Origin: Callorhinchus milii
Lineage: Eukaryota
Length of the DNA stretch: 64,000 nt
Direction of reading: 5' to 3'
NCBI RefSeq assembly: GCF_018977255.1
Contig: NW_024704743.1
Span: forward strand, 66,218,001-66,282,000
This document shows, in pieces, positions 23,850-37,149 of the stretch. The notes beneath the pieces were generated by a model. The model searched no databases. It was not told the DNA's origin and was given only the letters and a program-made list of their open reading frames with translations. Position numbers and translations under genes: made by a program. Each line of letters opens with the position of its first letter. The first letter of the stretch is position 1.

Positions 23850-24170
23850 TGTCACTGTTCTCCATGATGTTGACAAAAGAGGTTCCCACAACAGGGTCAA
23901 ATGATTGAGATGTTATTACAGCAGGTTTATCGATTGGTACTCTGCTGTTGATTGCTGGAGTGCACATTCTGGATAAAATTTAGGATTCTGGATAAAATCC
24001 GGGATTCAGCCATGTACTACCATGGCTTCCACTTTCACTATGAGGGCCTCATGAGGTACTACGTCGAAAGCTTTCCTAAAACTGATGAGTGCAATGTGAG
24101 TGGGCTTCCCCTTAGCGCTATAATGTTCTGCGATCTCATACAGTTGATTAGAGGCTAAGACTAGGAGGAA
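23850..24170 (-). mobile_element. Ancient non-LTR RT fossil (CR1/L2 group)
   Basis: Minus translation IALISFRKAFDVVPHEALIVKV matches the DFxKAFDxVPH RT motif. Confidence 0.7.
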
Positions 24171-24596
24171 TCTCAGACAACTGATGAAGAAAATAATGGA
24201 AATTGTGAGTAGGGACTAGGAGAAAAGAACTTCTCCCCCAGCCCCGCCCCCGCCCCCCCATCAATTACCACATTGCACTCCACAGGTAGTAGTTAATAGG
24301 ATCAAAATTAAAGCAGAGGGAAGTTTTACATGGCTTTAGTTGTTAGTGTAACTAAAGTACTTTTAAAAAATCCCATGGTAACCTCTGGGCCTGAATCATT
24401 GTAAACAACAAGAACAAATTGCAGTCGCATAGTACTTTTCATGTAAGGAAGACGTCCCAAGATGCTGAAATGTCTTATCATAAGGTTTTTCTTATATGTT
24501 TTGAAATTATATTTATTATTTCTGAAGTTCCTCTGTTTCCACAATATATTTCCATTACTGAGTGAACAAGAGAGTAAGTGACCCACTGCCGGGTCA

Positions 24597-25290
24597 TTTT
24601 TTTTCTTGAAAATATAAATTTATATTTATTTAAAAATAAAATATTTAGTACACCAGAAATGCAAAACAAACACAATATCTTCTGTTATAATTTTTCCCTT
24701 CCTCCCAATACAAGGAAACATTCCGTTGTTTACGGTACATTCCTTCACCGCACATAGGTAGCCCCTGTGTACACCACATCCGTGTATGCGTCTGCACACA
24801 CCCTGATAAGGCGCACTTGCCGCTTTCGGAAGACGCCCCGATGTGCACCATACGCGCACATGTTTACCATACATACATTTTTGGGATGCTCTTTGATTAC
24901 ATCTCGAGCGTCCTTCTGGACCCTTACTTCAGTCAGTTTTGCGTGCGCTCGTGGGCTACCCGGTGGGTGCACCCTAAGCAGTTTGTGCCGGAGAGGCTCC
25001 TGCCGGGTTGAGCTGAACTTCAGCTTGTCCCTCAGTATATAGTTCCTGATCCTAGCTTGCGCAAGCCTGAGGCAGGCCCTCACCGTCCCCTCGTTCTGCC
25101 AGAAGAACACTTGATTTTGGGAGTGCCAAATGGCCTCCTTTACCAAGTTTATGGTCCTCCAGGCACACTCGATATGGGATTTTGCTGTGAGTGCCAGGGA
25201 ACAGGCCGTGCAGCACCGAGTGCCATGACAGTGGGTCCCCAGGATCGCACCGGGAGGGAATCCATTCTCTACCAATGTCATCCTGGAAGC
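24597..25290 (-). mobile_element. Tx1-clade (L1 group) retrotransposon, 5'-truncated
   Basis: Minus translation HSVLHGLFPGTHSK, frameshift, then HIECAWRTINLVKEAIWHSQNQVFF...ACLRLAQARIRNYILRDKLK, a typical Tx1 ORF2 C-terminus. Followed by a 3' UTR, AATAAA and an A-tail ending at ~24597. Confidence 0.85.
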
Positions 25291-26344
25291 AGCTACTGGA
25301 TATAACAGGAGAAACTCCTGGTGTGACTCCTCATTTGGAGGAGTCCTCCAAGTCTGCAACATGCAGTCCATAAGACTATAACAAAAATAAATAAAAGCCA
25401 ATGAGCCTAACAAGTCCATTCTCTCCACAGTCCATTCAAAACCCATCCTATGACAACTGTCACCCCCACTTACTGTACCTTCTGTGGAAAAACTATCAAA
25501 TATGTCAAACGCACCAAACAGAAAAGAAAGGCACTTGGTCCATATTACCAATATGTGGCATAGAGGCAATGACACAATAATCTCCTTGATTTTAATTCTC
25601 TTCCTGTGGTGGAGGATCCTAATCTTCACTCAGTGACTCATAGGTAATGGCAGTTTGAGATTAACAGAGGGGTTAATGGAAAGCACTGATTATTTTACAG
25701 TAATACACAGGAACAAAGGAACAGGAGGAGGCCATTCAGACCATCAAACCTGTTCCACTTTACAGTGTTTTGAAGCATTGGTTATTCACTTCTTGGCTGT
25801 TTGTGTGACATTTTTGCGTGCAAATTGACTTTCATGTTTACCTAGAAATACAAAGTCAATATGCTTTACAGAAAACCTGCATGAAATGTCTTGAGATGTC
25901 TTGACATTTTAAGACACGATATCAAATGCAAGGATTGTTATTATTAAAAATGAAAAGTTATGTTTTCTATATCAGAGCTATTGTAACAAATGTTTATTGA
26001 CATTGCAATGTAGCTGTTACATTAAATCCAAGTTCCATGTTAATCCGACCATCAGGTACCAAAGTTGAGGAGGCTTTCTAACCTGCTGAGGGTTGAGTGC
26101 CTGTAACTCTGATGTCCGATCGGTTCATATTTGTGACATTTGAAAAATAATTTCTTATTTTTATGTATCTTTGCTTTACATTCCTTCCAACAAATTTCAT
26201 CCCAAGATGATATGACCCCTTTACAAGTTGGAGCTGAGATCCTGCAGGTCAGATATTTATTTTCAATCCAGAATCGCTATGTGCAGTCTTTTGTGAATTG
26301 AGGTGACAACATCTGCATTTTAGGCTCCAACATCCAAGTGGCCT

Positions 26345-26760
26345 GTATCATACAGAGGATACAGTTCAAGATCCTGGTCCTCACTTTCAAAGCCCTCCAT
26401 GGTCTTGCTCCCCCCTATCTCTGCGACCTCCTAACATCCTGTCCACTCCCTCCGCTCAGCGGGCTCCGACCTGCTTCACGTCCCTCAACTCTCCCACCCC
26501 ACCATTGCTGGGTGGGCCTTCTGCCACTCTGCCCCCACCCTCTGGAACTCCATCCAGTCCCTCCGCCTCAACCCTCCTTTGCTTCCTTCAAGACCCATCT
26601 CAAGACCTTTCTCTTCGACCGTGCTTTCGATCTCCTGCTTCCCCACCTGCCCTCCACCCTCCCCAATCCTGACCCCCAGCTCGGGTTGAAAACTCTGACT
26701 GTCCAGCACCTTAAGACATCCTCCCGATGTGAAAGGTGCTATACAAATGTCATTTGTAAC
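26345..26760 (+). mobile_element. L2 LINE 3' end
   Basis: QRIQFKILVLTFKALHGLAPPYL...[15 protein letters not shown] plus tail. Confidence 0.92.
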
Positions 26761-27654
26761 CTTCTTCCTCTTGGTCGAATGATGGAAAAGGGATTTTGCC
26801 AAGAGAGGAATTAAAGAGCGCACATCTTTTTGAATTATCTCTTGTTGTCTACTCCTCTCACCCTTTCCTTTGCCTCACTGCTGTCTCCAGCTGTTATTTC
26901 CTTTTTCTTCTCTGTCTGTTCTGCACTCATACCAGGTTTGTTTCCCGTTTTGGTGTCAGATATCTCCTATCCGCTATATCTGTGAGAACACACACAGCAA
27001 TTGTTCATTACCAGTAGCTTTCTAATCCCAAGATAATGCCACAATAACTGGAAACAATGAGAAAAAGCACCTTGCAAAAATTCAATGTAATGGTGTCAGT
27101 CCTTGTTTAGCCTCAGGGCTGTAGACGTGTGTTGGATACCAGTAGAATATGTAACTGAGTTGCATGGCTATAGGGTATAAAAATGAATTCTTTACTTGGT
27201 AAATTGCCATGTGATTTGTCTTAAGCTGCTTTGTTCCTACTCAGTGTATCATTTACATCTTCTACACTATTTTTGAACTGGGACATCCAAGTTGACGAGC
27301 CAAGGATTATGGTGCAGGACACCAGTGAGATTGGAAACAGTAGGAGAGAAAGCAAAAAAAAATCAAAAAGAAATGCTTAGCTGATACTTGTGTTTTAAAA
27401 GCTTGTGGATTACAGGAGAACTAGACAAATTAGGGAACTACAGAGTTTCCTCCAGATTTTAGATCCTGGGAAAGAATCAACTTGAACAGAAGACATTGCA
27501 ATGGAATCTATTTTCATTAAAGTTAACATTTAAAGTTTCATTAAAGTGAGAATCCATAGAGGAAAAGCCTGTGGGGACAGAATATTTAAAGCTTTGGAAT
27601 TGATTTAGATTTGGAATTGAAGTTGGAAAGTATAATAGCAACCATGAAAACAAG

Positions 27655-28170
27655 ATAATGTCAGACTGACTCAGTTGATTGCATTCTCAACTCTGAGTCA
27701 GAAGTTGTGAGTTCAAGCCCCATGTCAGAACTTTGAGCTCATATTCTAGGGTAACACTTCAGTATAGGATTGGATGAGCGCTGTATTGTCAGACATACAG
27801 TCCTTTGGATAAGATATTGAACTAATATCTGTCTACCTATTCAAATGGATATTAAAGATCCTGTTTAAAAAGGGAAGGGAATTTCTCCAAGTGTCTCAGA
27901 CAAGAATCCTCCAAATATAATTGGTTATTCAATTCATGGCTGTTTGTGGGACATTGCTGAGTGTAAATTGGTTCCTGCCTTCACCTACAAAACAACAACA
28001 ACTTGGATTTATATAGCGCCCTCCACACCGGACGGCGTCTCAGAGCGCTTTGTACTGTGTACAAAAATACACAGTCACTGTACGTTACATTGAATCCTGT
28101 GAAACATTTTGAGACTTCCTCATGACATGAAAGTCATTATATCAAATGTATGGATTATTACTATTATGTG
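27655..28170 (+). mobile_element. Deu-domain SINE (family A) containing a short minus-strand L2 tail at ~27990-28055
   Basis: Head 'ctctgagtcagaagttgtgagttcaagcccc', Deu core and tail; internal (AAC)n-led L2 tail. Confidence 0.82.
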
Positions 28171-28949
28171 CAATAGAAACTCAGATACATATATCCAAAA
28201 CTCCTCCCCTCCACCCACCGATGCATATTCAACAATAATTTTTATTTAATAATTTCAGAGGAAATTGCATTAAATAGGAGGAATTTTAGAAAAAAATAGT
28301 TGGAAACTGTATGAAGTCACACTTTGTAAAAATATTCTGATTGATAAGCAAAGTTTCAGTGGCATTTCCAGAGCATAAGAAAAAATCTTAAGGTTTGCTT
28401 ATCTTTAGAAAACGAATACTGTATTGCAGAAGGAACATTGTATCCTGAATATCTGCCAACATCTTGCATTTACTAAAAGCCATTAGATTTCGGAAAACGT
28501 GATGTCTTCTGGTATTAATTAGATGTACTTAGTACAGATATCAAAACTACAGTAAGCATATTTATCTAACCTGTTACAAATTTAAGTTAACAGAAGTTAT
28601 GAAATTCTTTCATTGCCCCAGGTTCCACTTGTGCCTGGTCCTTATTAAAGTATTTTAAAAAGTGAAATGATGGAAACACTGACTTATAATATATGGACAA
28701 GGCTTTTTCCTTGCTGAATTTTACAAAATTGTTGCTCCTTTGAAGTCAGGCATGCATAGTATTGTGCCTGTCAATATGCACTCACCCATCATCAAATACC
28801 AATGGACTTCTTGTCCTGACAGGATGCCGCAAGTTCTATAAATGTGAAATTTACATGGTGGGTGCCAGCTCCAAAGATTCCAACAAATGCTCTAATATTT
28901 CTCCCACATTGTTGGCCTTCAACAGCCACCTGATACACCAAGATGCGGT

Positions 28950-29170
28950 CTGAATCTATTCCTATCCTCACCCCTTTTATTCACACACTTTGTGAAAGTA
29001 CTGGACAGCCATCAGGAGCGAGAAACCTGGCTGAATTTTCTATTTCTATGCCATTTCCGTGTCTGATGTAAATTGCAGCATCCTACTGGTAACCGAGCCA
29101 AAATAAACAGAGACCAGAAATCAAACTTGAGACCTTCCCAAATATATGCTGCAGTAGTACAACATTTGAT
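28950..29170 (-). mobile_element. AmnSINE2-like old SINE
   Basis: Homologous to 1440-1660 ('ctggacagccatcaggagcgagaaacctggctga', 'gagaccttcc'). Confidence 0.5.
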
Positions 29171-29369
29171 GCAGGAATGTGTATTTTTCTGCTGAATATA
29201 TTCATTTACCTATGCGTTTCTTCCTGTGATGCAGTTGACCCTACCAATACTATTGTCTGTGAGAGTCATATCTCAACATCTGAAGCAAATATTACAGAGA
29301 GAATGCTTCAAATTACTATAGGAAGAGAATCAGAAGCTTCTCTAGATTAGTGAACCGGAGAGGAATATA

Positions 29370-29785
29370 AATAATAATCCTTACATTTAATATGGGGCCT
29401 TTCATGTTGAGAGGACATCTCAAAGTGCTTCACGGGAAATACTGTAAAGTGTAGTTAATGTGGATTTGTAAGCAAACGTGGCAGCCTATTTGTCCCACAA
29501 ACAGTCATGACGTCAATGACCAATTTAATTTGGGGATTGTTGGCTCGAACACCAGGAGATACTCCCTTTTCTTTTTGAATAGTGCCATGGAATCTTTAAT
29601 CTGCACTTGAAAAAGCAGATGGGAGCTTGGTTTGATGTCTCTTCTGAAGGATGGCACCTCTGACAATGCAGAACAACCCCAGTGCTGCACTGGAATGTCA
29701 GCCCAGACTATATGAGTTCCAAGTCTAATACGGGGCTTGAATCCACAACCTTCTGACTAAGAGGCAAATGAACTAGGCTGACACT
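29370..29785 (-). mobile_element. Deu-domain SINE (family A), near full length
   Basis: Tail, Deu core 'gaatagtgccatggaatcttta' and head all present. Confidence 0.88.
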
Positions 29786-29974
29786 TATAGTAAGCACTTA
29801 TTTATTTTCTACATTTGAACACTTAGGGTATTTGTCAGAGATAAATCAGTAGTAATGGAGAAGACTGACATGTTTAAAATGTGTACAAGTGAAAAGATTA
29901 GTTCTGTATTTGCTGAAAAATATTGGTCTTGTGAATTGTGAATATGAATTTCATACCTAATATTCTTTCCAAAA

Positions 29975-30208
29975 CCCCCAAAATTTCACTCAGCTTAGCC
30001 TACAAGACCATTTTATCTTGAGATTCAAGATTGCTCAGAATTGTGAAAAATTAAACTCACTCTTTATTTGAAAGCTGGTTCTTTTTAATAACTGCAGGCA
30101 ACCAGCTTCCAAATTAATACTTGAATTTAAGAATTTTCTATAATTCTCTTCCATACTAAATTTTAAGACAGCATGGTCATGGGTTGAGACTAGATGGAAT
30201 TTCAGGCC
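29975..30208. mobile_element. Palindromic MITE-like element, copy 1
   Basis: Ends 'aaaatttcactcagcttagcc' and 'gatggaatttcaggcc'; internal inverted 'tttgaaagctggtt' / 'aaccagcttccaaa'; homologous to copies at 31471 and 54228. Confidence 0.7.
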
Positions 30209-31470
30209 TTAAATATAAATAATCACTTAAATAAGAGCTCTGGGACCCTACCCCATGTGAAGGGTGCTTTATAACGTTGTTGTCTTCATGGTAAGTATCT
30301 TTCCTGCTCTCTTTTGAATGCCTATAAGAATTCATCCAAAGGACAGAACCTCCAACTCTGTAGTACTGCAATGAATGTCAGCCAGATTATAAATTCAAAT
30401 TCTGATTCGGGACACAAATCAATAATATTCTGACCCCAAAATAAGATTGCTACAAACTGAGCTCATTCGTACAACCTTTGTAATCAAAGTGCTACTTATT
30501 TCTTATCCTTTCCCTTTGAATATAATGAATCAATGTACTGATACAGTATTATACCTTGAAGACACTTACATGACACTAAATACAGTTGGTTAACCAACTC
30601 AGCAAAACTATTTACAATTGGTTTATGGAAGGAATCACAATGCAGTCTCAAAGTACTTAATGGTGGACCAAGAGGAGACACCTTAAGATGAGGATGGCTA
30701 TAACATAACACATTGACATGAATTTACATCCAGATTTGTCTCTCCTGGAAGCCAACGTTATTGGAAACCAACATAGACTTGGCTGGATTTTTGACAGGTC
30801 TGCTTAATATCCAGCGCAAATACCAGTTCCAGATCTGAGCTGAATACTAAGCAGACTTGCTTAAATAAAGGCCAGAGTTCCTCACAAAACCTTTTTAATT
30901 TCAAAACAGAGCTCAAGCTTGATAATAAAGCCAATTTTGTTTCAATTTGTTTCATTTTTTTCACAAGTAATTTGAATGATTTATGTTTCATCTCCTTGAA
31001 TGTTAGACCCTGGAAAGCTCTGAACTAGCTCCCTGTAACAAATCAACCATTCAGTTACAATTTTAATTAAAGACAGAAACTTTGAGATATGAATTATGAC
31101 AGAACATGGAAAGATGAAGGCTCATTACATGGGCTACATCTGGGTATGCTACATGAGTGAAAGAAAGTTTGCTTTATTTAGCAGTAAAATTTATCGGTTG
31201 AAAACACTCAGCTTTCCTTATAATGGGAATTGGCTGAAGCCTCCAGATAAGTTCTGAAGGTTGAAATTCATTGCTTACAATAATCATCTTAAAAGGGGCA
31301 AGTATGGAAAAGGCGTGCTATAGTTACACAGCAGAATTTTGGTATTGCATGAATGGAGCTTGAACTTTTGTCTACTAAAACAAAAAGTACGGCCAATTGC
31401 TAATTGATGCCATTCACAAAGATTGAAATGGTACGTATCTGGATACATGGGGGAATTGTGCTGGAACGTC

Positions 31471-31711
31471 AGTCCTGAAATTCCACTTTGTCTTAGCCTG
31501 CATGACTGTTTTGTCTTTAAGGTCATGCAGAACTGTGAAAAATTCTTAAATTCAATTCTTGTTTTGGAAGCTGGTTCTTTTTAACAGCTGTGGAGAACCG
31601 GTTTCCAAAAAGTCAGATTGAATTTAAGAAGTTTCCACATATCTCTACAATGTTATATTTTAAAATAAAACAGTCTTACAAGATGAAGATGAGGTGGAAT
31701 TTTCAGGCCCT
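31471..31711. mobile_element. Palindromic MITE-like element, copy 2
   Basis: Terminal inverted repeats (TIRs) 'cctgaaattccac' and 'gtggaattttcagg'; long internal palindrome centred near 31585. Confidence 0.75.
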
Positions 31712-31847
31712 TTGTGGTTTATTATTAATCCTACATTACAGAGAGCATAAAGTGGCATCAGAGAATGTTCAGAGATCATTGCCCATCATTTTGAAAGAGT
31801 GTATTGATTTAGATGAATCTATGGTAAGTTTTTCCTTTATCAGCAAA

Positions 31848-32272
31848 TAATAATAATAATCTTTGCATTTGGTATAATGCCTTTTACATCAGCAAGATGT
31901 CTCAAAGTGCTTTACAGGATGTACTGTGAAGCGAATGCAGCAACCCAATTGCACACAGCAAAGTTCCACAAATAGCCATGGAGTGAGTGACCAATATTAT
32001 TTGAAGGATTGTTGGTCTGGACACCGGGTGAACCTCTCTTCTCTTTTCGAATAGCACTGTATGATCTTTAATGTCCAACTGAACAGGCAAACAGCAACTT
32101 GGTTTTAATGTCTCATCTGAAAATGGTACCTCTGACATTACAGCACACCTCCAACATTACATTACAGTGTCAGCCATTGTAGTGCCTTGACATTATGAGT
32201 TCTAAGTCCTAACATGGGGCTTGAATCCATAACCTAACTCAGGCTAGAATACTACCAACTGAGCCAGGCTGA
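31848..32272 (-). mobile_element. Deu-domain SINE (family A)
   Basis: Tail, Deu core and head 'ctaccaactgagccaggctgaca'. Confidence 0.85.
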
Positions 32273-32574
32273 CAGACGAATGCTGTGATAGATCCATGTA
32301 TTCATTATTTTGCCAGCTACAAAACAGGTCGTTAGGTAAATGCATCAATATGTCACAACCATGCAAAGAGCTTGTAACCGAAGAATGATAACTGAATGTG
32401 TCTAAGTCTCCTCATACTTCTTAACAGATAGGATCATGGAGCTTTGTGAAAACTCTACCAATTAGTCTCAAATAAACTGAACACAGATTCTGGACAGCGG
32501 TGAATGCGAAAAAGAAAAACGTGAATGACTCATATCTTTCACGATACCTCAAGGTTTGAGTCACTGTAATGTGA

Positions 32575-33240
32575 TCCCATATCCATGCGATGATCTGTTC
32601 TGCCTGCCCCCACCTCCGCAACATTGCCTGGCTCTGCCACTGCCTCCCCGCTCAGGCCATCGAAATCCTCATCCACGCATTTATTGCATCTAGGCTCGAC
32701 TACGCCAACTACCTGCTTGTCAGCCTTCCCAATTCTTCCCTCCACAAGCTACAGATCATTCAGTACTCTGCAGCTCGTGTCCTCATCCCCACTTTCGACT
32801 GGCTCCACTGACTCAACATCCCCCAGAGGATAGAGTTCAAAATGCTCGTCCTCAGCTTCAAAGCCCTCCATGACCTTGCTGCTTCCTACCTCTGTGACCT
32901 GCTAAAGCCATACCGACTTTTCCGTTTCTTCCACTCAGGAGGTTCTATGTTCTCCGCCCGGCCCACCGCACCATCAGCAGTCAGGCCTTCAGTCTCTCTG
33001 CCCCCATCCTTTGGAATTCCAACCCACAGTCCCTTCGCCTAGCTCCCTCTCTTGCCTCCTTCAAGGCACCTCACGACCCTTCTCTTCAACCACGCCTTCG
33101 GTCACCCTCCTTCCCCTACCTTATCTGCCCTGCACCCCTCCTGATCCCAACCCCAGCTCGGGTCCAAATCCCTGACTGTCCAGCACCCTAGGACGGCCTC
33201 CCGACCTGAAAGACGCTTTAAAAATGTCATTTGTTGTTGT
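32575..33240 (+). mobile_element. L2 LINE 3' fragment
   Basis: HLRNIAWL...LIHAFIASRLDYANYLLVSLP plus tail (GTT)n. Confidence 0.92.
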
Positions 33241-34218
33241 TCTTGTAAGGTACCATTCTGATGTAAGGGAGACATTATTAAATATAATCCTTCATAACAT
33301 TAATCTTCTTCTTAGTTCATTCTAAAGTATTTTTCTGGGTTTAATCTTTCTAATCTCATTTAAGAAATGTTATACCATTATGAGGTGCTCTTTTAATCAT
33401 CTTTTATCAAGACTAAAGGGCCCTAAGTTGTCTAATCATTGCTCACAGATGTAATTGTCCCTCTAGAAATGCCAGATGAAATGAGAAATCCAGCTTCTGC
33501 TGTAACAAATCAGAATTACCAAAATTATGTTACTGTCTAAAGGTGTGAGTGAAACCAATACAGGAGGTGGTCAAGAGGGAAACTAATGGTTACAAACACT
33601 ACCCAGAAAACTATTAACTACCAGGAAAAAGACTAGTGTGAATCGAAGAATGCTAAAGAAATATAAGGGAAAATGAAACAGAAGTAATTTGTCATGAAAT
33701 GAAAATTTGTCAGCCTGTGAATTGCTTTGGGACATGAAAGGTGTTATAATCTACCCCGCATGAAGGGTGCTATATAAAGGTAATGTTGTTGTGCTTGTAT
33801 ATGAAAAGTAAGTATTATTATTAATATTTCACAACAGATACTTGGATGTTTTTCTTTTCACAGAGGATAATTACCGACTGGAACGTGTCGCTAGGAAAGG
33901 TGGTAGAGGCCAGGACCCCAGACAATGTAAAAAACAGCTTGATGCAGTGATGATAACTGGATAGGCTGGGTGTTCTGGCAAATGAGATCAACTGGGCCAA
34001 GAGGCTTTCTTCATCCAGACCAATATTGTCATATTGTAAATTTCTCTATGCCTGATTCAAGAAATTGGTTGCTTATCTCAATGCTGCTTGAAAATTGTCT
34101 GTATTAGCTCAGCTTTATCGCAGACGTCTGTAATATGAGGATGAATTAGTAATGCTTAATGATGCGTATTGCTATGCAACACTTTCTCGTGTTTGTTCTA
34201 AAATATATCCATCATAAA

Positions 34219-34602
34219 TGATAATAATAATAATAATTCTTGCATTTTATATAGCACTTTATCATGTCTTTGAGTCTTTCAAAGCGCTTCACAGAATATA
34301 CTGTAAAGTGAATTGACTGTATATTTTGTGGGCGAAATGCGGCAGCCAATTGCGCACAGCAGTGTCCCACAAACAGTCGTGGATTGAAGTGACCAATTTA
34401 TCATTATTTTTTTGAAGGAATCATTATCCTCCGGAAAAGCAATCCACCAATCAAATAACAATCGGGTTCCTATTTACTGCTAGGTAAACAGAAACAGGCA
34501 TATGGAGTAAGGAAACTTGCCCAACATTTCGTCCTGCTTGGAATCGAACCCAGGTCTCTCACCTGCGAGGCAAGTGGTCTAACCACTGAGCTACAGGACT
34601 CC
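34219..34602 (-). mobile_element. SINE family B (tRNA-Ala-like head), long variant
   Basis: A box at 34583-34593 and B box at 34540-34550 on the minus strand, central 'ttgggcaagtttcc...ctgtttacctagcagtaaatagg', shared 3' module. Confidence 0.9.
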
Positions 34603-34704
34603 AGGAAGCTAAATCCCTGTAATATTAGAACATTTTAATGATATCTTGAATAGGGACACAACACTTACTCCAGTTATTCTGATGAGTAAAACATATTTCC
34701 TTTA

Positions 34705-35125
34705 CTATCACTCCTGCTTCTGAGTCAGAAGACTGTGGGTTCCAGCCCCATGTAAGGTCACAGAGTCCAGGCTGACACTCCAATGTAGAGCTTGGGTTGT
34801 ACCACATTATCATAGGTGCCATCCGTCAGATGAGATTTTAAACTGAGATCCCATCTGCACTTTTCAGGTTGATATTTAAGAACCCATGATATTATTTGAA
34901 TAGAAAAGGGTGTTTCTTAGGAAGGGTATCCCGGCCAAAAATCCCCAGATAAAATTGCTGATTAACTTCCTGGCAGTTTGCGGGGCATTGCCTTACGCAA
35001 CCAGGCTGGTGTGTTCACTTATAAAATATAAATTCACTACGTTTTACAGTAAAATCCTGTAAAGTATTTTTTGATATCCTCCTAAAACAAAAGACGTTAT
35101 ATGAAATGCAAGATTATTATTATTT
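34705..35125 (+). mobile_element. Deu-domain SINE (family A)
   Basis: Head, Deu core and tail present. Confidence 0.82.
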
Positions 35126-37149
35126 TATTATGACAGAATACTCTATGAAGTGCTTTAAGACATTTCAAAGTGTCAAGACATCATGTAAATGCGAGGATTA
35201 TTATTAAATTAGACCGTATTCATATCAGAGACAACTCACGATAAAATCTTTATGATAAAAGAAAATCTGGAAACCCAAGAGGAGAAAGAAGTTCAATGCA
35301 GTATTTGGGCCTTGAGCGTATGGCCAGTCAGTAGGAAGCAGGTTGTTACATGGAGATATCCCTCACTGATACAGGTAATAGGAATACCTTATCTATAGTT
35401 CTCAAGTGCTGTTCTGTCATCTCCTCCACTATAGCCACATACCAGGCAGAAGAGAGCTCTGTGTGTCAGAGGGCAGATAAACTTGTGACAGCTGTGCAAT
35501 TTAGGTTCAGCCACATTCGTAAGGACCTGGACACATTCCAAAATGTTTTGCAGTATTGCAGGGCACAGTTGTCATAACAGTTTGTTTTTCTAGTCAATGT
35601 ACTGCACACACTTCTGTGAATCCAGGAGCATAGCAAGTCAGGAATGTCACCAAATTTCTGCCGAACCAGATGAGACCACTCTTCAGGGCAATTAAAAGCA
35701 TATGAATTTCAGCTTTCAATCAATTTCCAACCCAATTTATCTCCTCATTTGTTTTCTATTTTCTTTTAAATAAAGGACTTGCATCAGACATCAATTTTGT
35801 TTTGTGTCTGTTTCTAATATCATCACAGTATTTAATTTTTATGAAAATATCACATCAGCCATCATGCAATTTGCGTTGAGCAAAATGTAGTTTCTGGAAT
35901 TGTGTGATCTTGTGGCTTTCTTTTGTATTACACTTCTTGTCTTAATTTGAACAATTTAAACTCCTCCTGAGTGCTGACAACAAACTAATTCAATTTGGCA
36001 CTTTCTCCTACCTCAATCATCGATGAGATGTCACGGCTGCACTTATTGCTCCTTCCAGGCAGCTGAGACAGTCAGAAGCACGAAAACCACTTGTTACTTT
36101 GCTGTTTGCAGTGAGGTCAAAGTTCTGCCATCTGAAATCATCTGTCATCTGATGGAGGTCTAAAATGTAATATTTGTAACAAGAGTCATGGGAACTCTGT
36201 TCCAGATGTAGCCAGGACATGAGTAAAATGTCCCTCCTCTTTTTGAATAGTGTCTTTGGATATATAATCCGGAATTCCCAAAGGTAGCCATGACGCACTT
36301 CCAGTTATTGCCAGGAGTCCCTATATGTGACTCCTATTATGAATATCACTTTTTATCACCCTGTGAAAATAGTTCTCAACAAATCAGGAATGCCTTATAA
36401 CTACATGATGCTTTGGATGTGAAAAAAATAGATGCTAGATTAGTGGAGGCAGAAGAAAACAGCTGCATTTAGCAAATGTAGATGGAACAGAGAACTAATA
36501 GAAGATAAAAGATAAAACCGAAATAAGAAAATAAGGAAAAAGCAAAAAAAATGAAATAGAGCAGTGAATGTACCTTAGGATCTCAGTAGCAATCTTATTG
36601 TAATTCTACATGTCAAAAGCTGACTCAGGCACGACAAAATTAGTTGCGGACAATAATTGAAATAGCACATTTCTTGTCAGCAGGACATCTTAAAAAGCAT
36701 TTTACACGACTGAGTGGCAAAATGGGCTGGAGAGGGGGCCTGAGGGGTGGGGGCCAAAAGCACAGTCAGAGAGAGAGAGGAGGTCTGACACAGGAAGGTA
36801 GAACAATGGTACATTGCCAATATAACTCCTGACTGAACCATTTCAAAGCTGTGAGAAAGCACTTGAGCCCACAAATTTTCCGAGTCAGTGGCAAGAGTGA
36901 CACTTTCATCAATAAAGCAAATTTCTGACTTATTTTCTTAATTTTTTGATGCTCCAAACTAAACTGAAATTTATTGAGATTTCTTGTGTTCATATTTTGC
37001 CACAGTTTTCCCCACTTTATAATACAGAAAAAAAATCTTCACCTCCCTTGAAAAATATTCATGTTTTTATTTTATGGATAAAAGCAGACTTTAATGATGC
37101 TCATCTATTCATCTATGTTCTCAGCTTTCTGTGCCAGCATTGTAAGTTT

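Noticed and set aside
24745..25629. 294-aa ORF as a host gene
   Set aside because: Chance fusion of flanking DNA, a frameshifted Tx1 ORF2 end and its 3' UTR.
34530..34602. tRNA-Ala gene
   Set aside because: It runs directly into a SINE body, has stem mismatches, and recurs as the head of five SINE copies.
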